A stretch of DNA of 64,000 nucleotides from Octopus bimaculoides. Lineage: Eukaryota. A model generated the notes under the pieces. That model was not told the origin of the DNA and made no database searches. It saw nothing but the letters and a program-made list of their open reading frames with translations. Below, one piece after another: positions 25,651-38,174 of the stretch; the first letter of the stretch is position 1; each line of letters starts with the position of its first letter. The stretch spans positions 20,007,635 through 20,071,634 of the forward strand of contig NC_068984.1 in NCBI RefSeq assembly GCF_001194135.2. Reading direction: 5' to 3'. Both the position numbers and the translations under genes were made by a program.

Positions 25651-26673
25651 GTAGGTGGTTTGGGATATTGATAGATTCTTGTCACGTTAATGTGTGCTAA
25701 ACAAAGCTTATCTAATTCTAGGACTGACCAGCAATTTCGCAACTGGTGGTTGTCCTCACTTGGCAAGCTTCCGTGTTAATATCTAAGAAAGGAATTGACA
25801 ACTTCCCAAGAAGTTGTGGTACACGGACACGAGTTGACTACCACCATTTCTGTGTGTGTACGTCCATGTATGTATGTGTGTGTGTGCGTGTGTGCGTGTG
25901 CGTGCGTGCGTATGTATGTATACATGCATAAATACATACATTGGTATATATGAAATTATATTCTGTCTTTAAAAATGGCTGACAGATATGCAACGCATTT
26001 GATTAAATCCTATCCAATTCTACTTGATATATGCTACCGCTGATTTTAAAAGTCGCGAGATTTTAAAAGTCGCGAGATTTTAAAAGTAAAGACAATATTT
26101 TCTTTGTATGTATTATATTTATTTTAATGTTATTTGTTCACCGTTTATTCCTCTTGAAATGTTGATTTACTAACACATAGATTTTAAAAGTTTTGTAGGA
26201 TTAAAAACAAATAATTCATTATCGACAGAAACGCAACGTTTTTCAACAGACATTGAAACAACTACCGTACTTAATGACGTCAAGGACGAATGGCGGGTAT
26301 ATTAAAGCACGTCGCAATTTCAGCAGTATATATTCAGGTAAAAAAAACGTTTTTAGTGCATTAAAGCTTATGAGACACCCAGCGCTGGATTAACCATGAA
26401 GTAAAATGAGCACGTGCTTATGGTATCAAGGAAGCGGAGATATTACAGAAATGGTAAATGGTTTACGACAAAAAAAGAAATTACTTTAAACTTGCTAAAA
26501 TAATATTCTAAGTAGTTTATATGATTGGAAATATAATTTCGAAGTGTCCATGGTGTCATGAGGATCTGATCAAAGACTTTGCAATAAAAAAAAGTAGGAG
26601 AAAGCTTTTTAAATATAAATAAAATGGAAGTTTGGCTGTTTGTTTCTCTGGAGACTGTCAGAATGATGTAGGC

Positions 26674-26716
26674 ACCTCTGATGAGAACCCAATAAGGTTC
26701 GGAAATTGATTAAGGT
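26674..26716 (+). ncRNA. Near-canonical minimal type-I hammerhead ribozyme-like motif
   Basis: ACCT-CTGATGA-GAACC-CAATAA-GGTTC-GGAA-ATTGAT-T-A-AGGT. Stem I is 4 bp and stem II is 5 bp. One core change (A13G) is present, and stem III looks like a CpG-decayed AATCGATT palindrome. Confidence 0.7.
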
Positions 26717-27077
26717 TGTTCATAATATTTTTTTCAGTCTGCAGAGAAATGGCTAAAATTTGCCCTGTTTATAATTATACCATATGATACATATATATAT
26801 ATATATATATANNNNNNNNNNNNNNNNNNNNNNNNNNNNNNNNNNNNNNNNNNNNNNNNNNNNNNNNNNNNNNNNNNNNNNNNNNNNNNNNNNNNNNNNN
26901 NNNNNNNNNNNNNNNNNNNNNNNNNNNNNNNNNNNNNNNNNNNNNNNNNNNNNNNNNNNNNNNNNNNNNNNNNNNNNNNNNNNNNNNNNNNNNNNNNNNN
27001 NNNNNNNNNNNNNNNNNNNNNNNNNNNNNNNNNNNNNNNNNNNNNNNNNNNNNNNNNNNNNNNNNNNNNNNNNNNNA

Positions 27078-27430
27078 CGTTCTACCAGTTCCAACAATCC
27101 ATCACCTTCGATTGGTACTTTTTAACAACCCCGAAAAGATGAAAAGCAAAATTGAGTTTGGTAAGATTCGAACACAAGTGTTCAGAGAGTGGGAACCAAT
27201 ACTGCGAGACGTACTTATCCAAAGATCTAACAACTCTGACAATTTACCGCCTTAATTTCTTCACTTTTTTTTCTTCTTTACGTTCTGAGTTCAAATTCCG
27301 CCAAGGTCAACTTTGCCTTTCATCTTTTGGAGGTCGATAAAATAAGTACCAGTTGAACACTGGGGTTGATGTAATTGACTCACCCCTCTCCTGAAATTGC
27401 TGGCCTTGTACTAAAATTTGAGATCAATAT
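27078..27430. mobile_element. Two degenerate SINE C copies in inverted orientation (- 27078-27250, + 27275-27430)
   Basis: GTTCTGAGTTCAAATTCCGCCAAGGTCAACTTTGCC is on the plus strand, and reverse-complement motifs lie upstream. Confidence 0.75.
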
Positions 27431-28134
27431 TATTAACTGCAGAGAACGGTAATCCACCACCACCATCATCTTTTGTAACGTATGGTAATGACAAAGGAAA
27501 AATACTTACTGGCGATTGTTTCTTTCTTCTGAGTGAAACGGACAGATAATTATTTTTTCAAGAAGTAAATGGAAATTGTTTGTCTTATTTATTTCGATTC
27601 GGTTGCAGCTTGTAACACATTATCGAATTCTACTATTTGACAAAACATAAGGAGTATGAAAAACACAAAGAAACTGCGTTTAGGTAAACTTAAAGGAATT
27701 GCGTTTAAAAAGAAAAAAAACTAGCATTTTCAAAAGAATCTTTATGTGAACAGCAATCTATTTTCAAACGACATATAAAAATAGTTCCGTAATGCAGGCA
27801 AGTTACGAAATGTGTGAGCTAATTGCAAAATAAAAGTGAAGCCACACATCAAAAGAGAATTTGTTAATGCGTCTATAGTTGCTACCTCACAGGTTTTAAT
27901 TCCAGAATGTCAGTTTAACATGGAGGGCATTTTCTGGCAGTGAAATGACATGGCTGACGATATCCAATTATACCTGAAACAAGCAGCTTTAGAATCACTG
28001 ATGTAGTAAATACAGTACAGTTGACTTTGTTGATGTGTGTGTTAGAGGCAAACTTTACAGTATGAGAACATGTACTTACTTATATTCGATCCTTAGCAAT
28101 TACCAGAGATAATGATCTTCTTTCGTCTTTTTTA

Positions 28135-28295
28135 ATCTTCTTTTAAATGTTTCAGTCATTGGCCTACGGCCATGCTGGACCATCGTCTTCAATGGCTTTA
28201 GTCGAACAAATCGACTCCTGTACTTACATTTATTTTTTAATCTACTAATTATTCTATTGGTCGAACCGCTAGATTATTGGGATATAAACAAACGA
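28135..28295 (-). mobile_element. SINE family B, 3' half
   Basis: TGTTTCAGTCATTGGCCTACGGCCATGCTGGACCATCG is the reverse complement of the B tail. Confidence 0.75.
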
Positions 28296-28307
28296 ACACT
28301 ATATATT

Positions 28308-28576
28308 AGTCTCATGATCGTAAGGTCATGTGTTCGATACCTGGCGGACACTTTATGTCATGTTGTTCCACTCCACTCAGCTAGCAAAAATCACTAGTAC
28401 TTGTATTTCAAAGGGCCTGCCTTTTCACACTGTGTCACGCTGAATCTCTCTGAGAACTACGTTAAGGGTGCGGGTGTTTGTGGAGTGCTCAGCCACTTGC
28501 ACATTAATTTCACGAGCTAGCTGTTCCGTTGATCAGATCAGCTGGAACCTTCATCGTCGTAACCGACGGAGTACCA
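28308..28576 (+). mobile_element. SINE family A variant, 5' truncated
   Basis: Matches 5620-5905. Confidence 0.88.
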
Positions 28577-29219
28577 TTACTTGTGCATATTTTCTAGTGA
28601 TCTAACTTGTAATAAAATGTATAAACTTCATTAAAAATATGAGATTGAACAGCAGAGAATTTATAGATATTTTTTGAATTACCACGAAACAGAATAGGGA
28701 GGTTGATTGCCCCATTGTGAAGATTTAGATAAAAAAAATAAAAAAAGCACACATATGAGTTAAAAAATGAAGTAAAGCTTTTCATGGATAATAAAGTCAT
28801 TCCCATTTTGGAATTAGGAGATCAAAAAGGATTATGTGAATTGTCATACCTGATCGATATGCTATCACCGTTCATTGGAATTATCTATGTTTGAAATTAT
28901 AGCTTTTTCCGTATTGCCAATACCAGGAGCTTTGAATCAATTCTGGATTGATTGTTCATAACGCAACGAAAAACATAATAAATAAATAAATAAAAATACT
29001 GCATGATACATTTTCCAACTCTGAAAGAAAAGAAACTGGAATTGTAGGTGGAACACGTATTCCAAAATGTTTCAATCTTTGGGATTAATTTCAAAGAGAA
29101 TTTCGACATTTATGATATTCTATGCTCGAATTGCGAATATGTGAACTTTCTTTTGATACATGAGGATCGAATGAAACTTTTAGTTCCCTTCAAGTCGTGG
29201 AGTTAATTTATTCAAAACA

Positions 29220-29357
<138 letters not shown>

Positions 29358-29661
29358 GCACCTATACGTTTATGTATTTGTTTTGCAAGATTCTTGATGC
29401 GAAATCGTATGTTGAAACAGATATTGTTATATTTGGGGATGGTCATATTTTGTCAATTGAACACTCTTTATCCCATGCGTTTCCTCTTGTTCTATTTAGT
29501 CCATTACAAGAGGAGATACGTGGGATAAAGAGTCGTTGAAGAGGTCACAGGATGTGTGGCGAAAGAGATTAGACAAAGGACACAAAAATAATAACAATAA
29601 TAAAGCTGAAGTGAAGACCAAGTGTATAGAGCATGCGTTTAACAGGCAGAAATATGATCAT

Positions 29662-29893
29662 AAGGCGGCGAGCTGGCAGAAACGTTAGCACGCCGGGCGA
29701 AATGCTTAGCAGTATTTCGTCTGCCGTTACTTTCTGAGTTCAAATTCTGCCGCGGTCGACTTTACCTTTTATCCTTTCGGGGTCGATAAATTAAGTACCA
29801 TTTACGCACTGGGGTCATGTAATCGACTTAATCCCTTTGTCTTTCCTTGTTTGTCCCTCTATGTTTAGCCCCCTTGTGGGCAATAAAGAAATA
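29662..29893 (+). mobile_element. SINE family C2, full length, with a 14-bp TSD
   Basis: Head AAGGCGGCGAGCTGGCAGAAACGTTAG, B box GAGTTCAAATTC. TSD AGAAATATGATCAT at 29648-29661 and 29894-29907. Confidence 0.95.
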
Positions 29894-29914
29894 AGAAATA
29901 TGATCATCCCCAAA

Positions 29915-30315
29915 TATAATGATTCCTAAAATGTTTCTATATGGCCAACAAATGGAGGGATATCGCAACAAAGGAAGACTTCTCCTTAAGTATAAGAATA
30001 AGATGAAGCAATCTCTAAAATCTCTACAGCTTAACCTGACATCTTGGGAAAGTTATTGCCTAGATCGATCTGCATGGCGTAAAATGTGTCACGATGCATC
30101 CAAACAATTTGAGTTGAAGAAAAAGAACAATAGAAGAACTATAAGCTACAATCAACAGACACCCTTACCCGATCCCAAGCAAAATCAAAATCATCAATGT
30201 CCCCATTGCGACTTCAAAGCAAAAACCCATCCTTAAATTGAAGTTACATTCACGCATCCATCGCAAATAGGTGCAGCTTCTTAGTTGAAACCGAGGGGAG
30301 CAACCATCATATATA
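29915..30315 (+). mobile_element. RTE-clade LINE 3' fragment
   Basis: IPKMFLYGQQMEGYRNKGRLLLKYKNKMKQSLK..SWESYCLDRSAWRK..CPHCDFKAK, then after a frameshift LKLHSRIHRK*. This is a typical RTE C-terminus with a terminal Cys/His finger. Confidence 0.88.
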
Positions 30316-30512
30316 TATAGTTGTAATTTACAGAAAAACAAAAGACGAAGGCAGGTGCATATGCAACAAGCAGATGTATTAGTTTTACGCTCTGGAAGGT
30401 GAGAAAGTCTTTTACGTTTCGAGCCTACGCTCTTCAACAGAAAGGAATACGAGGAAATAATCAGAGAGAGAATATAAAAAAAAAAAAAAACAAGCGGATT
30501 TAGCGGTTAACA
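30315..30512 (-). mobile_element. Penelope-like repeat family G with a hammerhead motif at 30409-30444
   Basis: The reverse complement reads CTTT-CTGTTGA-A-GAGC-GTAG-GCTC-GAAA-CGT-A-AAAG. The element ends in (TA)n. Confidence 0.75.
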
Positions 30513-31742
30513 ATATAAAAATAACGATTACTCCGAAGTAGTAATAGCGTTACCTTTAATTCGATAATTATATACCGCTTTTTAAGACCAACAATTCTTT
30601 TGCAATTGAAACATGTGTAGGTCTTAAAGGTGGTATATAATTATCGAATTAAAGGTAATGCTACTGCCACTTTGGAGTTATCCTTATTTTTATATTGTCA
30701 ATACTTATACTTCAGGAAAGCTATATGATTANNNNNNNNNNNNNNNNNNNNNNNNNNNNNNNNNNNNNNNNNNNNNNNNNNNNNNNNNNNNNNNNNNNNN
30801 NNNNNNNNNNNNNNNNNNNNNNNNNNNNNNNNNNNNNNNNNNNNNNNNNNNNNNNNNNNNNNNNNNNNNNNNNNNNNNNNNNNNNNNNNNNNNNNNNNNN
30901 NNNNNNNNNNNNNNNNNNNNNNNNNNNNNNNNNNNNNNNNNNNNNNNNNNNNNNNNNNNNNNNNNNNNNNNNNNNNNNNNNNNNNNNNNNNNNNNNNNNN
31001 NNNNNNNNNNNNNNNNNNNNNNNNNNNNNNNNNNNNNNNNNNNNNNNNNNNNNNNNNNNNNNNNNNNNNNNNNNNNNNNNNNNNNNNNNNNNNNNNNNNN
31101 NNNNNNNNNNNNNNNNNNNNNNNNNNNNNNNNNNNNNNNNNNNNNNNNNNNNNNNNNNNNNNNNNNNNNNNNNNNNNNNNNNNNNNNNNNNNNNNNNNNN
31201 NNNNNNNNNNNNNNNNNNNNNNNNNNNNNNNNNNNNNNNNNNNNNNNNNNNNNNNNNNNNNNNNNNNNNNNNNNNNNNNTATATATATATATATATTTAT
31301 ATACATGTATATATAGTTATACTTCGGGATGGTCATTTTTTTTTGGCCAAATAAACATACGCACTATATATTCGTTCTTCACTCGTTTATTATTGTTCTT
31401 ATTTTAAGTCATGCCCTTTGCCCAGAAATCTTTCGTCACACATTTATGACCTCTTCAGTGACACTTTCCGTCTTCGTATGTACTCCTGCTCTGCTGAATT
31501 TATATATATATATATATCTATTTAAGTAGCTAGTTACCTAGATAGCAAGCTAGATAGACAGACAGATAAATACATCAGACCTAATTTTCTGCTGAAAGTT
31601 TATTCCATATCCCTAAATTTGATATTTTTGGAATAGGTGTCTTTAATCAGCAAATCTCTTAATTTGCCTCAATATGATTTAAGGGTTGTGCTGAGGACTT
31701 CGGTCCTGTTCATGTTTTAACAGGTCAACTACTTCGACATAA

Positions 31743-31811
<69 letters not shown>

Positions 31812-32287
31812 GACAATGGGCCTTGCAAAACATAATTGCATCGTAATTGTTTAAATCAAAAATATAAAAGAAATAACTATCAGGTGCTGTTTAACAGAAG
31901 CTATTTTAGATAGAATTGTCAATGGTTCCCTGAAAAGAAATATATGCAGAAGCACGATAGCAAGGAGGGAAAAGCTGCATTAATGTTTTGGTAAGGGACC
32001 TGCTATTTGTCACTGCTATAAATCACATTTGTGTCAGTATTAAGTGACGAAGTCATGATACTGTTTAAGTAACAATCTTGAAATACAGGGATTATCAGGT
32101 AAAGAAAAAGATGACCAAACATGTTTTTTGCGAATTCCATCTGTTTGAGGAACAGTAAAAATATGCAATACTTTTCTGAAGTTTAGTACGTACATGGAAT
32201 TTGTATAACTTGTAAATTGATAATCTTTTCAATTTTAATATTAGGTATATACGAAGCGTGAGCTGGCCTTCTATCAAAAATTAGAAA

Positions 32288-32500
32288 CCAATGTTGAAAC
32301 CAATAAAGACCGCTTTGGTCATGAATGACCATGGAATTGCACCTAGAAAGTTATCCTCAGCATAACCCTTAAATCATATTGAGGCACCAGAGCTCAAAGG
32401 TTGTTTTTGAAAGACCAGCAGTCGCCCATGCATACTAGTCTCTCCTCTCCGCGACGCCGATGTTATCCAAGGGAAAGGCAAAGGCCGATACAGCTCACTG
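32288..32500. repeat. Fragment of a dispersed retroposon-like repeat (SINE or RTE-related end)
   Basis: GACCGCTTTGGTCATGAATGACCATGG..CAGCAGTCGCCCATGCATAC..GATGTTATCCAAGGGAAAGGCAAAGG. I recognise it from memory as a common octopus repeat; only one copy is present here. Confidence 0.5.
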
Positions 32501-33464
32501 CTGCTACAGTTCACTCTTTCATTGAAACCAATATNNNNNNNNNNNNNNNNNNNNNNNNNNNNNNNNNNNNNNNNNNNNNNNNNNNNNNNNNNNNNNNNNN
32601 NNNNNNNNNNNNNNNNNNNNNNNNNNNNNNNNNNNNNNNNNNNNNNNNNNNNNNNNNNNNNNNNNNNNNNNNNNNNNNNNNNNNNNNNNNNNNNNNNNNN
32701 NNNNNNNNNNNNNNNNNNNNNNNNNNNNNNNNNNNNNNNNNNNNNNNNNNNNNNNNNNNNNNNNNNNNNNNNNNNNNNNNNNNNNNNNNNNNNNNNNNNN
32801 NNNNNNNNNNNNNNNNNNNNNNNNNNNNNNNNNNNNNNNNNNNNNNNNNNNNNNNNNNNNNNNNNNNNNNNNNNNNNNNNNNNNNNNNNNNNNNNNNNNN
32901 NNNNNNNNNNNNNNNNNNNNNNNNNNNNNNNNNNNNNNNNNNNNNNNNNNNNNNNNNNNNNNNNNNNNNNNNNNNNNNNNNNNNNNNNNNNNNNNNNNNN
33001 NNNNNNNNNNNNNNNNNNNNNNNNNNNNNNNNNNNNNNNNNNNNNNNNNNNNNNNNNNNNNNNNNNNNNNNNNNNNNNNNNNNNNNNNNNNNNNNNNNNN
33101 NNNNNNNNNNNNNNNNNNNNNNNNNNNNNNNNNNNNNNNNNNNNNNNNNNNNNNNNNNNNNNNNNNNNNNNNNNNNNNNNNNNNNNNNNNNNNNNNNNNN
33201 NNNNNNNNNNNNNNNNNNNNNNNNNNNNNNNNNNNNNNNNNNNNNNNNNNNNNNNNNNNNNNNNNNNNNNNNNNNNNNNNNNNNNNNNNNNNNNNNNNNN
33301 NNNNNNNNNNNNNNNNNNNNNNNNNNNNNNNNNNNNNTATATATATATATATATCACTCGGTATTTTTGTTACTTTTTTTAACAGCAGTTTTTCATAACT
33401 CTGTTTTTAGGTCACCCTCTAAGTTGCTGACATTCTAACATTCTGGCATCAAATGTTAATGTTG

Positions 33465-34109
33465 CCTACATGCATGCATGTGTGTGTGTGTGTATAAATT
33501 ACTTGGCAACTGGCCTTTTTGTTGTTTTTTTTCATTTATACGTATGTGCACACGAGTGATGTATGTATGTGTGTGTGTGTAAGAGAGAGAGAAGGTGTGT
33601 GTGTAAGCTGTAAGCTCGAGTGAATTATTGGCAATATATACAAAATATGTTTGTGTACATGTATTCGGGTGTATGTGTGTGTGCATCTGTGTATCTGCGT
33701 GTGCTTGTGCGTGCGAATGTGAGTTATCTGTGCATTTGTGTGCATATGTGTGCATGCATATTTGCATGTGTGCGTATTTGTTAGCGTTTGTGCATGAGTG
33801 CAAGTGTATGTGCATTTGTGCTTATGAGTGTGGGCATGTGTGTGCATGCGTATGTTTATGTATATGTGAGCGTGAAACTTGATTAAATTATTAGCGATGC
33901 ATACAAAATACGTATGATGTGTATGTGTAATTAGGTGCTCATGTGTTGAGCATACGTGTACGTGCATTAATTAATGTGTAGGCGTGAAGCTTGAGTGAAG
34001 TGTTAGCGACACACACAAAAGAATGTATGATGCGCGCACGCGCGCGCGTGTGTGTGTGTAAATATGTGTGTTAAACGTATGCGATTGCATTGTTTGCGAT
34101 ATATACAAA

Positions 34110-34161
<52 letters not shown>

Positions 34162-34345
34162 NNNNNNNNNNNNNNNNNNNNNNNNNNNNNNNNNNNNNNN
34201 NNNNNNNNNNNNNNNNNNNNNNNNNNNNNNNNNNNNNNNNNNNNNTATGTATGTATGTATGTATGTATGTATGTATGTATGTATGTATGTATGTATGTAT
34301 GAGTGCATGTATTTGTGAGTGTGTGTGTGTGTGTGTGTCTCTACG
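33465..34345. repeat. Degenerate (TG)/(TA)/(TATG) tract with an embedded ~45-bp recurring unit
   Basis: Seen directly in the sequence; see the findings. Confidence 0.8.
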
Positions 34346-35039
34346 TGTGTGTACATGTGTGTCACAACAAATGTTAGTGTAAAAGAAACGAGTGTTCAGC
34401 GCATTACATAATCAGTGTGGAAGAGATTAAAATAAACAGAGGTTATCAACTGAAATGGAGAAAATCAAAGTGACCAGTTATTTTGAAGTAACTTTATTAT
34501 TTTGACTGGGGTTATGTAAAGCAATAAAAAGATCAGAAGATATAACAGCCATCGCTTACACCGACCCATTAATGTATTTAAATATTATCAGTGAATCAAA
34601 GAATGTATTTTTTTAGTTTGTGTATGTATGTATGTAGTTGTTGACTTGGTTTTATTTGTGCTAAAGAAAAGATACTACACTTTCCTTTGACGGTCTCTTA
34701 AACTGAAATCACATCACAACAGAAATATACGTATATGTGTGAGAATGCGTGTTACATATGGTCTCGTTATCTTCCGTTTTTAATTCTGTGAGTTATTCTA
34801 ATAAATTCTATTTCATTGAAATTTACACAATAACAGCAGTAAAGAATAAACAGTAAAAAGGATTCCGAATCTTATAACATCCTGCACTCGAACTCTGCAC
34901 GAAAAAGCGAAATTCTTTTTGATCTAAATTACCAGATGAAACTCCCGACTCCTTTCAACGTGAATTCATTCATTTCGAATCAGATAATATACTTAATATT
35001 AAAACATAAAATATTATTTATTTTCGAATTATATAAATT

Positions 35040-35195
35040 CTATAGCTGTGTGGTTATGAAGTTGCATCGCAGCCACAAGGTTTCGGGTTTAGTCCCACTG
35101 TGCGGTACCTTGAATAAGTGTCTTCTACAATAGCCTTGGGGGCCGACAGATGCCCCGTGGGTCAATTTGGTGGATGGAAACTCTGAGCAAATTGG

Positions 35196-35267
<72 letters not shown>

Positions 35268-35320
35268 CACAACCGCTTGACAACCGGTGTTAGTTTGTTT
35301 ACGTCCCCGTAACTTAGCGC
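35040..35320 (+). mobile_element. SINE family B, 3' truncated
   Basis: Head TAGCTGTGTGGTTATGAAG..GGGTTTAGTCCCACTGTG, internal (TG)n, and ACGTCCCCGTAACTTAGC. Confidence 0.88.
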
Positions 35321-36299
35321 GGTGTGTGGGAACATAAGTAATGTAGCAGACTTTAAAACAATCTGCTGCACCCATATAACCAAAGTCCATTTACAAGTAA
35401 ACTATATACTCTAGAAAAGTATTGCATATTTTAACTCTTCCTCACAGTTTCAATTTTCAAAAGCATTTTTGGTCATCTTTTTCTTTGCATGAAAGCCCAA
35501 AGCTTCAAGATTATTACTTAAACAATTGGTATAACTATAAGTTTGTCGATTATTCCAGATACCTCTTGATAATTGCTGGGCATGTGGCACTTGTTGCGCT
35601 GACGAATACAAGTTTGTAAGATGAAAGAGTGAGACTCACTCAGCACAAACCATGCCCACTATGATAATATCCATCGAGCAAGTTGTTCAGCAAACCAAGA
35701 CACCATCACCATCATACTTCCTTCATAAGTTTAGTGGCGATAGGAAAAGAAGCGACGGGGAAGGTGGCGGATGATATTGGAAGTCTTCAGCTTTGAACCT
35801 GCACAACCTGCACGCAAGCGACCTTAGAGTGAAGTGATCTATTGTGTCTTGTTGAACCTTCATTTGTCGAGGCGACAAGAGTTCAGACTGAACAAAGGAT
35901 TTTTCCTCTCTATTCAACCCTGAACTACGTTTCACTCGAGAAGGTTAAAAGGTCAGTTTATTCTCATAAATTTCTTAGTGCAACAGGCGAGAAAAATAGG
36001 CAGAGGACTTGTAGGAAATTGTAGATTTGGTTTTGAATCTTGCCTTAAACATTTGGAAGCTACCTGTTACAGTCCTGACCTTTTGTTGTCATTCCAGGGC
36101 AAGTACATAGAATATATCATATCAAGCAGTGAACAACTTCGTTTGTCAGTTTGATATTCAGCAAGAATCCTGAAATCTTCCTTCTGGGTTTATTTTACAA
36201 GCGTAAACATGCAAAAGACCAGAAACAGCTCACAAACTACATATACGGATTGTTATCCTATAAAACGATAGTACTTAGTAACGCTCTCTGCTTAGCTGA

Positions 36300-36395
36300 C
36301 TTCCAGACGATTGGAGATCAACTTTTTCTGCGTCAACACACCAGCATCGGTTGTCAAGCGATGGTGGGGGGACAAACACAGACACACAAACACAC

Positions 36396-36450
<55 letters not shown>

Positions 36451-36615
36451 TACGACGGGCTTCTTTCAGTTTCCGTCTACCAAATCCACTCAGAAGGCTT
36501 TGGTCGGCCAGAGGCTATAGTAGAAGACACTTGCCCAAGGTGCCACGCAGTGGGACTGAACCCGGAACCATATGGTTGGTAAACAAGCTACTTACCACAC
36601 AGCCACTCCTGCGCC
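36300..36615 (-). mobile_element. SINE family B
   Basis: High identity to 44176-44500, with an internal (TA)n. Confidence 0.92.
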
Positions 36616-37019
36616 TTTTGTGGTGATGTCATACGATTTTGCTATTCTGAGAAAATATTTGCTTATTTTGCAATGAATCCAAAGAACCTAGTAATTTTTT
36701 TACCATTTCCAAACTCGAATCAGCAACTTCTATATCAATTGATACATAACTCTTTCACAGTGTCCAAATTATTGACTGAACCACAGCGATAAAGAATTTG
36801 TAGGATCACCCAGCACAATATAGTAGCAGGGTTATGAATAGCAAATCTAAGGACACCTTGTAAAGATCTTTTATTCTGCACTGAACATGCACGCAAACAC
36901 ACGCATTTTGATAGATAATTAGACAGGCAGACAGAGACAAACAGATATAGAGCAACTTGAGTAAAGGCTTCGACTCTGCTCTCAGTAAATATTCCGCTTT
37001 CATTCTTGGACTCGTTTTA

Positions 37020-37635
<616 letters not shown>

Positions 37636-38174
37636 CGAAAGGTGTGTTCCAGTATATATTCACACACTTATTAGCTGATAGACAGATGCACTTGAAAGCA
37701 AATCCATGACGTCATAAAACGTGTAATATATTTACTACGACATGGGAAAATAGGTCTTCGTATTTCGCATTGAATTATCGTATTGAATTTCTTAAACGTA
37801 TTTTCTCTCATAATTTATTTAATTACCATATGTTTATTTGAAAACTAAGTACTGGAGTCACCGATTTATATACTGATGTCATTCAATTATAGTTGTTTGA
37901 GAGTCATTTCCAGTATTCGGTATTGGTGCATGGTCGTTGCTTATTATTGAATCACCCCAGTCTTAATTCATGAGAACACTGGATAATTGTCCATGGAACC
38001 AAAGTACCTAGGGGCCCTTTCTCTTCCTTATCTAGGGCTTCATCATTCCTGAAGGAGTAATCCCTCCCTGAACTCCTACCACAGCTGTCTGTCTCAGAAC
38101 AATCGTCTGTCTCTGAACAATCGTGGCCATGTAAGCCCCCGATAGTGGGTGGGATCATCTCCCATCTTGTCTTT

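Larger units (their letters stand above)
27600..29215 (+). pseudogene. Decayed hAT transposase of the GTF2IRD2/SPIN/Charlie type, interrupted by two SINEs
   Basis: Collinear motifs across frameshifts: QQSIFKR..VMQASYEMCELIAK, KPHIKREFV..LIPE, DMADDIQ..L, STDVVNTVQL, VIKCINFIKNMRLNSREF, YELKNEVKLFMDNK..ELGDQKGLCELSYLID, HFPTLKE. Confidence 0.8.

Noticed and set aside
26046-26087. 17-bp tandem repeat GATTTTAAAAGTCGCGA x2.5 (similar short duplications at 60215, 61410 and 61655)
   Set aside because: These are ordinary local slippage duplications with no spacers, so they are not a CRISPR-like array.
27609-27683. 75-nt segment with acceptor- and donor-like ends
   Set aside because: There are stops in all frames, and it lies within the decayed hAT transposase.
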